From Callorhinchus milii (lineage: Eukaryota): DNA of 64,000 nucleotides. The notes beneath the pieces were generated by a model. That model searched no databases. It was not told the origin of the DNA and worked only from the letters and a program-made list of their open reading frames with translations. The stretch lies in the NCBI RefSeq assembly GCF_018977255.1, contig NW_024704742.1, forward strand, positions 57,166,001 through 57,230,000. Direction: 5' to 3'. Shown piece after piece: positions 25,975-37,900 of this stretch (positions within the stretch are counted from its first letter, which is position 1; each line of letters begins with the position of its first letter). Made by a program: the position numbers and the translations under genes.

Positions 25975-26041
25975 CGCCTTGGGACGTCCTCCTGACGTGA
26001 AAGGCGCTTTATAAATGGAATCTTGTTGTTGTTGTTGTTGT
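25975..26041 (+). mobile_element. 67-bp L2 3'-tail insertion unique to this B copy
   Basis: GAAG[CGCCTTGGGACGTCCTCCTGACGTGAAAGGCGC..(TTG)n]TGTTCTCCC. The empty site GAAGTGTTCTCCC occurs at about 32244 and 38422. Confidence 0.95.
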
Positions 26042-26214
26042 TGTTCTCCCAAAAATATGTGTTCTACATATTGGAGCTTTCTAAGAGGTTTAACAGTCTG
26101 AAATACATTGGAAAGGTGAATGATATTTGTCCTTTCTTGTAAATATAATTCTGCAGTAACTTTAAATGAGATTAATAGAAACAGTTTTGGATGACATTAA
26201 TGATCAGATTGATT

Positions 26215-28083
26215 AACTAAAAAAGGAAATAAGAGGAGCAAAAGAGATTGTATGAGAAAAGATTAGCAGGTAACATAAAAGGGAACGCTAAGATATTTTA
26301 TAAGCATATAAAGAATAAAAGGTTAGTCAAAAGGTAGAGTGGGTCCAATTAGGGACCTAAGAGGAAATTTTCTTGCGGAGGCAGAGGGAGGGCATGGCTG
26401 ACATACTGAATGAGTACTTTGCATATGACTTCACAAATGGAAAGGATGCAGCCAATGTCACAGTATCGGAGGAGAGGGTAGAGAAATTGGATAAGATAAG
26501 AATAAACCAAGAGGAGGTACTATAAAGGTTGTAGGTGCTCAAGGTAGATAAGTCACCTGGTCCAGACGGGATGCATCCTAGGTTATTGAGGGAAATCAGG
26601 GTGGCAATAACAGAGGCTCTGGCCACAATATTTCAATCTTCCTTGGATACCGGGGCAGTGCCAGAGCATTGGAGGGTTGCAAATGGTACAAAAAGGGGCA
26701 GAAGGATAAACCTGAGAACTATAGGCCAATCAGCCTAACGTCAGTAGTAGGGAAACTTCTAGAGACTATAATCTGGGACAATATAAATTTTCACTTAGAA
26801 AAATATGGTTTAATAAAGGACAGTCAACACGGATTTGTTAAAGGTAAACCATGTCTAACAAACCTGACAGAGTTTTTTGATGAAGTAACAGAGAAGGTGG
26901 ATGAAGGTAGTGCAGTCAATATAGTTTATATGGATTTTCAAAAGGCGTTTGATAAAGTGCCGGATAAGAGACTTGTAAGCAAAATAGAAGCCCATAGTTT
27001 TAAAAGGACAGTGGCAGCATGCATACAGAACTGCCTGGGAGACAGAAAGCAGAGAGTGGTGGTGAACGGTTGTTTTTCTGACTGGAGAAAAGTGTGCATT
27101 GGGGTTCCCCAGGGGTCAGTATTGGGACCACTGGTGTTTTTGATCTGTATAAATGACCTGGACTTGGGTATAGGGAGTACAATTTCCAAGTTTGCAGATG
27201 ATACTAAGCTAGGAAAAGTAGTAAATAGTGAGGAGGATAGTAGCAGACTGCAAACGGTCATAGACAGATCGGTAAAATGGGCAGACAAGTGGCAGATGAA
27301 ATTTAATGCGGAGAAATTTAAAGTGATGCATTTTGGAAGGAAGAATGAGGAGAGACAATATAAGCCACATGTACAATCTTAAAGGGGTGAAGGAACAGAG
27401 AGACCTGGGGGTTCATATAAGTAAATCTTTGAAGGTGGCAGGACAGGTAGATAAAGCTGTTAAAAAAGCATACGGGATACTAGGCTTTATAAATAGGGGT
27501 ATAGAATACAAAAGTCAGGAAGTTATGATGAACCTTTATAAAACACTGGTTAGGCCTCAGCTAGAGACTGTGTTCAGTTCTGGCACCAAATTTTAGGAAG
27601 GATGTCAAGGCATTGGAGATGGTGCAAAGGAGATTTACCAGGATGGTACCAGGAATGAGGGACTTCAGTTATCAGGAGAGGCCAGAGAAGCTAAGATTAT
27701 TCTCCTTGGAGCAGTGAAAGTTAAGAGGAGACTTAATAGAAGTTTTCAAAATTATGAGGGGATTCAATAGAGTGAACAAGGAGAAACTATTTCCACTGGT
27801 GGGTGGGTCAGTAACAAGAGGGCACCGATTTAAATAGTTGTTAAAAGAAACAGAGGGGAGGTGAGGAGAAATTTTTTTACACAGCGAGTTGTTCAGAACT
27901 GGGGTGGTGGAAGCTGATTCAATAACAGCTCTTAAGAGAGGAGTAGATAATTATTTGGGGAGGACAAGTTTGCAGGGCTATGGGGAGCGAGGGGGGAATG
28001 GGATTGAATTGGATAGTTCTTTTCAAAGAGCCGGCACAGACATAATGGGCCAAATAGCCTCCTGTCTGTATAATTCTATAATT
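26215..28083 (+). mobile_element. 5'-truncated CR1 LINE (RT domain, frameshifted), copy 1
   Basis: KSPGPDGMHPRLL, NYRPISLTSVVGKLLE, YMDFQKAFDKVP, GVPQGSVLGP, KFADDTKL, WQMKFNAEK; contains stops and frameshifts. Confidence 0.95.
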
Positions 28084-28875
28084 GTTTTATGTGAAATAGA
28101 GAACAAAGGACTTTTGTCCGAACTGTTAATGCATAACAAGTTAAATCACAAGTTTCCATGAACAAATGGATGGTGCGGGAGGGGACAGAGAAAGACTACT
28201 GGGTAATGTTATGATTAATGGTAATAAAGAATGCATGTTCTGGAAATGGAAGCATATCTGATAACCAGAAGTACGTCATGCTGTCCCACAGGCATTTTGC
28301 TTTGACTAATCTACTACTGGGGCACAATTCCTAACTTCCCTGTTCCTTTAAAAAGTATCATCTTCTATCATACAATCAAGGCAGAATGAAGAATAACAGT
28401 GGAATGGGTTCTTCTTTATAAAGGAATCTATTAAGAATTCCTGCAAATTAGACTCTTACTACGCCTTCTCTCCTCCCCACAATCACATGTTTAACTAGGT
28501 CATTGTAGAAAATTGTGGTTAGCATTATCAATACAACATCAAAACATATCACTTTTCTTGGAGCAATATAGGAACCAGACCAAAAGGAGGAGGAAGGTGA
28601 AGGTGATCATGCATTAATGATGCATTGAATCCACAATGTGGTGTCAACACAACAGTGGAGCTCTCAAATTGAAACATTTTTTTAAGTGCCATGTCTACTT
28701 GACAATCAATATACCTTGTACCATCCTACCTATCTCTCCCAAGTTTTTTTCCCTAAGAAATGGGAATCTTTAAAATCTTTAAAACTGCTCTGCACACTGA
28801 CATACACATGCCCTTTACTTGCTGTACTTTTCAGTAGTATTCCCATTGATTGAGGTGACATAGGAGGCGATGGTG

Positions 28876-28940
28876 CAGCGCTTTGGGACGTCCTCCCAAC
28901 GTGAAATGCGCTCTATATTTGTAATTTTGTTGTTGTTGTT
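28876..28940 (+). mobile_element. Solo L2 3' tail with a 7-bp target-site duplication (duplicate at 41266-41330)
   Basis: Flanked by GATGGTG at 28869-28875 and 28941-28947. Confidence 0.88.
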
Positions 28941-29796
28941 GATGGTGATATAAGATGCTATAACAAAGTAGATCTGAGAAGAATAAGAGCAGAAAGATCG
29001 ATTTGAGATTGATGTGAAAGTGTTGATTTCAGATTGCCACCTTTGTACAGTACACTGTCATATACAAATAAATGAATGGCCCTAGCTTACACCTTTCAAA
29101 AACACCAAAACAATTCAAAGTAGTAACTCCATGTGCTGTTTTCTTATAAATTTTGAATATTCCTCATTTATATAATCTGCAGACTCACGTACAATTCCTA
29201 TTGCCTTTAAATTAACCTTATTAGGGAGATTAAATACTTTGAAAGGTATTCAGTGTTGTCCTGGAGGGGAAAAGTACCTGTCAGAGCTTTGCCATGTTTT
29301 TCCCAATAAATAAACATATAGAAGGAATACCATGTAGTGCTATTTCTCTAATCCTATGACATATAGATGTTGTAAATTAGTTTTCCCCATCACATAACTG
29401 CAAACAATGCCGAAAATCTCTGACAACATATTTTCATTTGCAACATATTAAATATTAATATATTTATATAGTACTGTAATTTCTCTAATGTTATTGTAAG
29501 GTTGACAATTTCCTCACTGACTCTGAATGTATTATATTACAGCTGCATTTCCTATTGACATTGTTCCATTCAAAATAAAAAAATGTATGTATATATAATA
29601 TAGATTTGCCCACAAAACATATAGTCACTACACTTTACAGTATATCATGTGAAATGTTTTGGGTCACCCTCCTGAAGTGAAAGGCGCTATGCCAAAAGCA
29701 AGGTTCATAATATTATATATCAGTTCCTGCTACGACACATAATCTGATATTGCTGAAGTACCAATTTACAATGTGCTCTAGAATTTCAGATCTGAT

Positions 29797-29968
29797 GAGA
29801 CAAAGGTCCAGAATGTCATTGTTGGACCGGCGCTTGCTTTCATGAAGTTCTCTGGTGAGCCGGTCAAATTGGTGCTGAAGTTTATGTACCTAGGATGTGA
29901 CATCGACTCTTCGGGTTACTGTGGACCTGATGTCCGCAAACCATTGGCATTGGGAGCTCGGTGATGAT
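29797..29968 (+). mobile_element. RTE-clade LINE fragment (duplicate at about 42187-42358)
   Basis: Manual translation ETKVQ..GEPVKLVLKFMYLGCDIDSSGYCGPDVRK/IGIGSSVM matches the KTK..F.YLGS.I......DI..RIG.A pattern found after the RT core of RTE elements. Confidence 0.7.
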
Positions 29969-31303
29969 AGGGTCGCACAGTTTTAAACAATGTAGTGTTA
30001 GCTCAGCTTATCTGAGACGTCACTTTCTCTTTGGTCATGTAGACACCTCGAAGACATGATAAGAATCTCTTATCAAATGCAAGGATTATTAGGATTATTA
30101 TTATAAACCAACTTTAGTCATCCACATCCAAGTCTTAGACTCTAAGAAAAACATCTAAGTGAGAGTTCCTATTCCTAATGGCTATATAGTGGCCTCTGCT
30201 GATTGTATGCATATACAAATGTTGGGTTGATTAAGGCTTTGGCAGTTAGGCCATTGACACTGACAGATGAATAATGGTCACTGGGGCAAGCCACCAGATG
30301 GCCAGTGCTGAAGGAAATGTTTTCCAGTGAGTTTCTGCCTTTCAGAGAGGAAAAGGGAAAAAAATTGTGGATGGGGAAAATACAAGTACTTAATAACAAT
30401 GCCATTTGGGTATGAATAAGCAACTTAGTAATAAATATAAAATTTACTTGCTTATACATTACAAAGAATTTAAAAAGTACTTGAAATAGTAGCTTTGATT
30501 GAATCTCGAGTTCTGCTGCTGAAACTCTTGGTGATGCTTCATGGTTGTGAGCTAGGGGAGGGAAAACATTCCCGACCATAATCACTAACCAGTAATTCCG
30601 TGAGTAGAGTACAAGTGCTTGATTGTGATCTCCTGCAGTCAAATAGGCTTCCTACATTCACTGCCAACTCACTCGTGAAGAATTACCTGGAATGAAACAC
30701 TCCTCCAGCCCTCTGTCTTGCCCTTTCCTTCCCCATATTCAGGTCAAGCCTGAAGACCTTCCCGTTCGACCATGCCTACGGTCACCTCCTCCCGGCTCGG
30801 CATCGTGCTCCACCACTGTCAAGTGCTCTGGGAAACTACCCTGCGTGAGGGGCACTGTATAAATGCAAGCTGTTGATCACTTGAATAAGGTACTTGAAAG
30901 CCTGCAGAACACGTGACCTATAGCCAACTCTGAGTTTTCGGGAGAGAATTGGAGACATAACGAAAATGATGGCAAATAAATGAGAACCACAAAATGTAAA
31001 ACGAAGTAAAACCAAAATACACTATGTTGAAAATTAGTTTAATTTCCCAACAGATTTATTGCTAAGATATGACTCTGACACAATGTTCTTACAAAATAAA
31101 ACCCTGCTCATAATATACCATAACAATAAATAATAGACATTATTTTCAGTCCTTCTTTCATAATGTATTCTTGTCAGACTCAACTGATCCGCTCCACTGT
31201 TTGCCAGATGGAATTATCAGAGCCACAATCAGGTAAATATTTTTCAAGGTTTGATTGATGGGAGAGAGAGAGTAAATTGATTGTGAAAAGTAATCCAAAT
31301 GTG

Positions 31304-34300
31304 AAAAACTTGTCAATTATCACAATGTCACCTTGTTCAATGTAATTAAAACCACAGATATTTGAGCTGGACTGTGAGGGAAGAGTTCGAAGCCATAAAT
31401 TTAAAATAAAGGAATCACACAAGATTAAAATTTGTATATGTAGAATAAACAACTAACAAAAGCAGCGAATTAGCCCCTTCTAAATTATAATTGTTTGAGT
31501 CTGGTATTAAATATGAAAGAATAAGTGCAGACTGAAATGAATATGTGTTCAATAGGAAATAGTACCTGATAATAAATACAGTCAGTGAAAGAGACAAGTA
31601 ATAACTAGACAATAAATGAATATTCTGCATATTTTGCTGGCTTGATTTTGTTCTCTGCCAAATTTTAATGCAACAACAACAAAATTACCTTGAAAAGCGC
31701 CTTTCACGTCAGGAGGACGTCCCAAGGCAATGAACAGTCAGGAATCAGGGATTCGAGAGTTGGGGGTGGTGGCAGGTTTGGGATGAGGGAGGGCATAAGG
31801 GGTAGGAGGGAGGCTGAAGGCTTTCCGAAGCCTTTCCTCTTTCTGTGCAACACATTGAAACAATACTTACTATGACACAATTTCGCCATCAGGGGGTGTT
31901 ACAAGATCATATGAAGTACATTTTATCCCAGTAATTATCCTGGTAACATCTTTCGAGTACAATTTTATGTTGTGCCAGGATGGTTAAAGTTAATGTAAAA
32001 TCCAAAAGCAATCTATATTAACTTTAATAGTTAGAAAATAATTGTCATTATCTCTTTCACACAGAAAAACAAGTAAAGAAACTAATTGGAATCCAATGTT
32101 TGCTCATAATTTTTGAAAGAAAGAACAATTTTCAGGACTTGGGTATAATTTAGCTCTACATGAAATGGAATTGATTTCTAGGAACACAGTTGAAGCTTTG
32201 TTTTAACACATTAACATCACAATGTTAAAGTCAAGTTTGAAATGAAGTGTTCTCCCAAAAATATGTGTTCTACATATTGGAGCTTTCTAAGAGGTTTAAC
32301 AGTCTGAAATACATTGGAAAGGTGAATGATATTTGTCCTTTCTTGTAAATATAATTCTGCAGTAACTTTAAATGAGATTAATAGAAACAGTTTTGGATGA
32401 CATTAATGATCAGATTGATTAACTAAAAAAGGAAATAAGAGGAGCAAAAGAGATTGTATGAGAAAAGATTAGCAGGTAACATAAAAGGGAACGCTAAGAT
32501 ATTTTATAAGCATATAAAGAATAAAAGGTTAGTCAAAAGGTAGAGTGGGTCCAATTAGGGACCTAAGAGGAAATTTTCTTGCGGAGGCAGAGGGAGGGCA
32601 TGGCTGACATACTGAATGAGTACTTTGCATATGACTTCACAAATGGAAAGGATGCAGCCAATGTCACAGTATCGGAGGAGAGGGTAGAGAAATTGGATAA
32701 GATAAACCGAGAGGAGGTACTAAAAGGATTGATGTGCTCAAGGTATATAAGTCACCTGGTCCAGACGGGATGCATCCTAGGTTATTGAGGGAAATCAGGG
32801 TGGCAATAACAGAGGCTCTGGCCACAATATTTCAATCTTCCTTGGATACCGGGGCAGTGCCAGAGCATTGGAGGGTTGCAAATGGTACAAAAAGGGGCAG
32901 AAGGATAAACCTGAGAACTATAGGCCAATCAGCCTAACGTCAGTAGTAGGGAAACTTCTAGAGACTATAATCTGGGACAATATAAATTTTCACTTAGAAA
33001 AATATGGTTTAATAAAGGACAGTCAACACGGATTTGTTAAAGGAAACCATGTCTAACAAACCTGACAGAGTTTTTTGATGAAGTAACAGAGAAGGTGGAT
33101 GAAGGTAGTGCAGTCAATATAGTTTATATGGATTTTCAAAAGGCGTTTGATAAAGTGCCGGATAAGAGACTTGTAAGCAAAATAGAAGCCCATAGTTTTA
33201 AAAGGACAGTGGCAGCATGGATACAGAACTGCCTGGGAGACAGAAAGAGCAGAGAGTGGTGGTGAACGGTTGTTTTTCTGACTGGAGAAAGTGTGCATGG
33301 GGTTCCCCAGGGGTCAGTATTGGGACCACTGGTGTTTTTGATCTGTATAAATGACCTGGACTTGGGTATAGGGAGTACAATTTCCAAGTTTGCAGATGAT
33401 ACTAAGCTAGGAAAAGTAGTAAATAGTGAGGAGGATAGTAGCAGACTGCAAACGGTCATAGACAGATCGGTAAAATGGGCAGACAAGTGGCAGATGAAAT
33501 TTAATGCGGAGAAATTAAAGTGATGCATTTTGGAAGGAAGAATGAGGAGAGACAATATAAGCCACATGTACAATCTTAAAGGGGTGAAGGAACAGAGAGA
33601 CCTGGGGGTTCATATAAGTAAATCTTTGAAGGTGGCAGGACAGGTAGATAAAGCTGTTAAAAAAGCATACGGATACTAGGCTTTATTAATAGGGGCATAG
33701 AATACAAAATTCAGGAAGTTATGATGAACCTTTATAAACACTGGTTAGGCCTCAGCTAGGACTGTGTTCAGTTCTGGCACCAATTTTAGGAAGGATGTCA
33801 AGGCATTGGAGATGGTGCAAAGGAGATTTACCAGGATGGTACCAGGAATGAGGGACTTCAGTTATCAGGAGAGGCTAGAGAAGCTCTCCTTGGAGCAGCG
33901 AAGGTTAAGAGGAGACTTAATAGAAGTTTTCAAAATTATGAGGGGATTCAATAGAGTGAACAAGGAGAAACTATTTCCACTGGTGGGTGGGTCGTAACAA
34001 GAGGGCACCGATTTAAATAGTTGTTAAAAGAAACAGAGGGGAGGTGAGGAGAAATTTTTTTACACAGCGAGTTGTTCAGAACTGGGGTGGTGGAAGCTGA
34101 TTCAATAACAGCTCTTAAGAGAGGAGTAGATAATTATTTGGGGAGGACAAGTTTGCAGGGCTATGGGGAGCGAGGGGGGAATGGGTTGAATTGGATAGTT
34201 CTTTTCAAAGAGCCGGCACAGACATAATGGGCCAAATAGCCTCCTGTCTGTATAATTCTATAATTGTTTTATGTGAAATAGAGAACAAAGGACTTTTGTC

Positions 34301-34984
34301 CGAACTGTTAATGCATAACAAGTTAAATCACAAGTTTCCATGAACAAATGGATGGTGCGGGAGGGGACAGAAAAGACTACTGGGTAATGTTATGATTAAT
34401 GGTAATAAAGAATGCATGTTCTGGAAATGGAAGCATATCTGATAACCAGAAGTACGTCATGCTGTCCCACAGGCATTTTGCTTTGACTAATCTACTACTG
34501 GGGCACAATTCCTAACTTCCCTGTTCCTTTAAAAAGTATCATCTTCTATCATACAATCAAGGCAGAATGAAGAATAACAGTGGAATGGGTTCTTCTTTAT
34601 AAAGGAATCTATTAAGAATTCCTGCAAATTAGACTCTTACTACGCCTTCTCTCCTCCCCACAATCACATGTTTAACTAGGTCATTGTAGAAAATTGTGGT
34701 TAGCATTATCAATACAACATCAAAACATATCACTTTTCTTGGAGCAATATAGGAACCAGACCAAAAGGAGGAGGAAGGTGAAGGTGATCATGCATTAATG
34801 ATGCATTGAATCCACAATGTGGTGTCAACACAACAGTGGAGCTCTCAAATTGAAACATTTTTTTAAGTGCCATGTCTACTTGACAATCAATATACCTTGT
34901 ACCATCCTACCTATCTCTCCCAAGTTTTTTTCCCTAAGAAATGGGAATCTTTAAAATCTTTAAAACTGCTCTGCACACTGACAT
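31304..34984 (+). repeat. Third copy of segment B (B') between the two ABC units
   Basis: Matches 25033-28803 and 37484-41193. Left junction shares AAAAAC; right junction shares a single T. Confidence 0.96.
32421..34265 (+). mobile_element. CR1 LINE copy 2 (within B')
   Basis: Same element as 26215-28083 with additional small indels. Confidence 0.94.
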
Positions 34985-37900
34985 TACAAAATAGAATAGA
35001 ATGTAGTGAATACTATCAATATTTAATATAAGTGTACAATATTTAATATAAGTGTACCAATTTACTTGGTATCCTTTTTTTAGTCCTATCCTATCCAAAG
35101 TAATAAGTAACAAAGATAAATAATATTAAATGTGAACATTTGTAAAACTTTTAGAATCCTTCACCTCCAACTTATAGTTTTTAACAGCGTCAACTTCACT
35201 CAGAACTATAATGGTCAGATTTTGCACTGTTTCTTAATTAACAAACCTAGACATCCGAGACACTAAATTGCAAGAGCATTACTTCAACTCAATCTCTCTT
35301 ACCTGAGTCAGAAGGTCAAGCCTCATATTGGGACTTTGAACTCATGATCTTGCATTGCCTGACATTCCAATACAGTGCTGGAGGTGCTGACCTTCGGATG
35401 AGATGATAAACCAAGGTCTCATATGTCTGTTTAGGTGAACATTAGCGATCACATGGTACTATTCAAAAGAGAAGGGTGTTTTTCCCAGTGTGCTGGCCAA
35501 CAATCATTCACTGTTGGCAATTTGTGGAACATTGCTGTTGACTGTTTATGGTACATTGCTGTGTGCAAATTGGTTGCAGCTATTACCTACAAAATAACAG
35601 TAAATCCTGTGGACTGTTTTGAGGCGTCCTCCCTGATGTGAGACATATTGCATCAAATACAAGGATTAGCATTATTATTAATAATTTATTTTGGAGCAGG
35701 ATTTCACCCATAATACTGGAAATAGCTCTTCCCCACCCCACTTAGATTTCATAATTTAGAAGTCTACTAACTAAGAATTACCACAAAATTGCCCTTTTTT
35801 TTCTTACCCACCAGGAAGCTGGAAGAATATATCATAATCAAAATGAAATAGTTTAATTTTGATTCTGACATATTGCTGATTTCCTATATTTTTAACCGAC
35901 TTGCCTAAGTCATTGAAAAAGATTTTTTCTGAATTCATGCTAATTTTAGATGCCTTACATATCAGTTTAAAACAAATATAGTATCAATATTATGTAAAAA
36001 GTTTATATTTCCAATATATTATGGCCATATTGGAGATATATACCTGTCACATAATCCTGAGCCAGATGGATCCACAATAGTCCAGAGCAGATAGCAGCAC
36101 AGTTCATTGGCATGACTTGGAAGTGACTGGTCTTGTCACAGCGGGCAGGGAATCATCCCGCTCAGCTCCTGTTACCTCTGCAAGCCAAAGCCCTAAAGGG
36201 TAGAGTGGTCCTATCTGGACAAGCAGTGGAAAAACATACCAGACAGTGATAGTGACAGTTTCGCCCACAAATATACAGTCAATTCACTTTACAGTATATT
36301 CTGTGAAGCGCTTTGAAACGTCTTGAAGACGTGAAAAGCGCTATATCAAATGCAAGGATTATTATTTATTTATTATTATATCAATGGCAAGCTATGTGAT
36401 TTTAGCTGGTTCAACAGCAGTATCCTAACTAACTCTCTGGGTTCCCCAAGCCTTGGCTCTTGCCAACCTGCACCTAATATTTTCAGGAATTAGGTAAGCA
36501 GGATGAGAGGAAGAGAGTGCACATTCCATTCCAACAATCTATCTCTGGGATTTCCATGTGTTGGTGGGATGCATAGAATCCTCAGTTTGGTTTGGATACT
36601 CTTAAGCATAATGATGTGTCAGACACCTGATTGCCCCGCCACGCCCCCCAACCAAAAAAAAAGATTTTCTCCTCTTTCATTCCTGAAGGTGTCTGATTCC
36701 TTTTCCTTCTACCATGGTACAGTTTCACAGACATTGGTTGAACCTCACCCAAGTAGCCATATATATGGCATATGTGCCTTGGTAGTGAACAACAGCAGAC
36801 AATTCAATAGAGTCTTATCTTGTCTTCAACACAACTTGTGGAACACAACAGCTGAGTCTCATCTTGTCTTCAACTGCATCCATAAACATAGACGTTTCAC
36901 CAGGGGTTTTGCACATTTTCCTATTGCGACTGTGACATTTCTCAATGTTGAAATGACACACATCCTATTTCTGTTTGCCACAAAACAGCATCATGAGTCA
37001 ATATCATTTATTTAAATTATTCTTTGAAAGCTATGTAACAATTTTGTATATTTTTTCAATAGTTTAGGAAGTGTTTTAAAATCTAGCAAGCCCACCATTG
37101 GGTTGTTCCACTTTAAGTGTTTTGTGGTTTGTTTTATTTCAGAGCTGTTATTTTGTCCTTTTCAGTGGTTGGTTTATGTGATGGAAGAAGAACATCACTT
37201 GTGTTCTGGGTGGCAATCTCAAATGAATGTGCTCTGAGCACCCTCTTGTGGCTCCATCAAATAGAACAGTTGATAATCCATCATCACAGATTTAAATGTG
37301 ATTCTTTACTCGATGGTAAATTTGGCATTGTGTGTTTATTTTGCTGGTAAAATTAATAGGCCTTGGTGCTGTTCATTTAGAATAATGCTTGCTGCCAAAT
37401 TTACCAACAAGCAAATAATTACCACTTTACTGCCAATTTCCAAGCCCACCTAAATAAACCCACCCAAGTCCAGCAAATGACCCAAAAACTTGTCAATTAT
37501 CACAATGTCACCTTGTTCAATGTAATTAAAACCACAGATATTTGAGCTGGACTGTGAGGGAAGAGTTCGAAGCCATAAATTTAAAATAAAGGAATCACAC
37601 AAGATTAAAATTTGTATATGTAGAATAAACAACTAACAAAAGCAGCGAATTAGCCCCTTCTAAATTATAATTGTTTGAGTCTGGTATTAAATATGAAAGA
37701 ATAAGTGCAGACTGAAATGAATATGTGTTCAATAGGAAATAGTACCTGATAATAAATACAGTCAGTGAAAGAGACAAGTAATAACTAGACAATAAATGAA
37801 TATTCTGCATATTTTGCTGGCTTGATTTTGTTCTCTGCCAAATTTTAATGCAACAACAACAAAATTACATTTGTAAAGCGCCTTTCACGTCAGGAGGACG

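Larger units (their letters stand above)
22529..31309 (+). repeat. Segmental duplication unit ABC, copy 1 (A 22529-25032, B 25033-28803, C 28804-31309)
   Basis: Near-identical to 34984-43699. Identical ORF-track entries recur (22982/35435, 24051/36503, 30175/42565). Confidence 0.97.

Noticed and set aside
26669..27382. Functional reverse transcriptase gene
   Set aside because: 5'-truncated CR1 lacking the endonuclease, with frameshifts and stops in all three copies.
30175..30642. 155-aa minus-strand ORF repeated at 42565-43032
   Set aside because: Duplication copy in AT-rich sequence, non-ATG start, no recognisable protein features.
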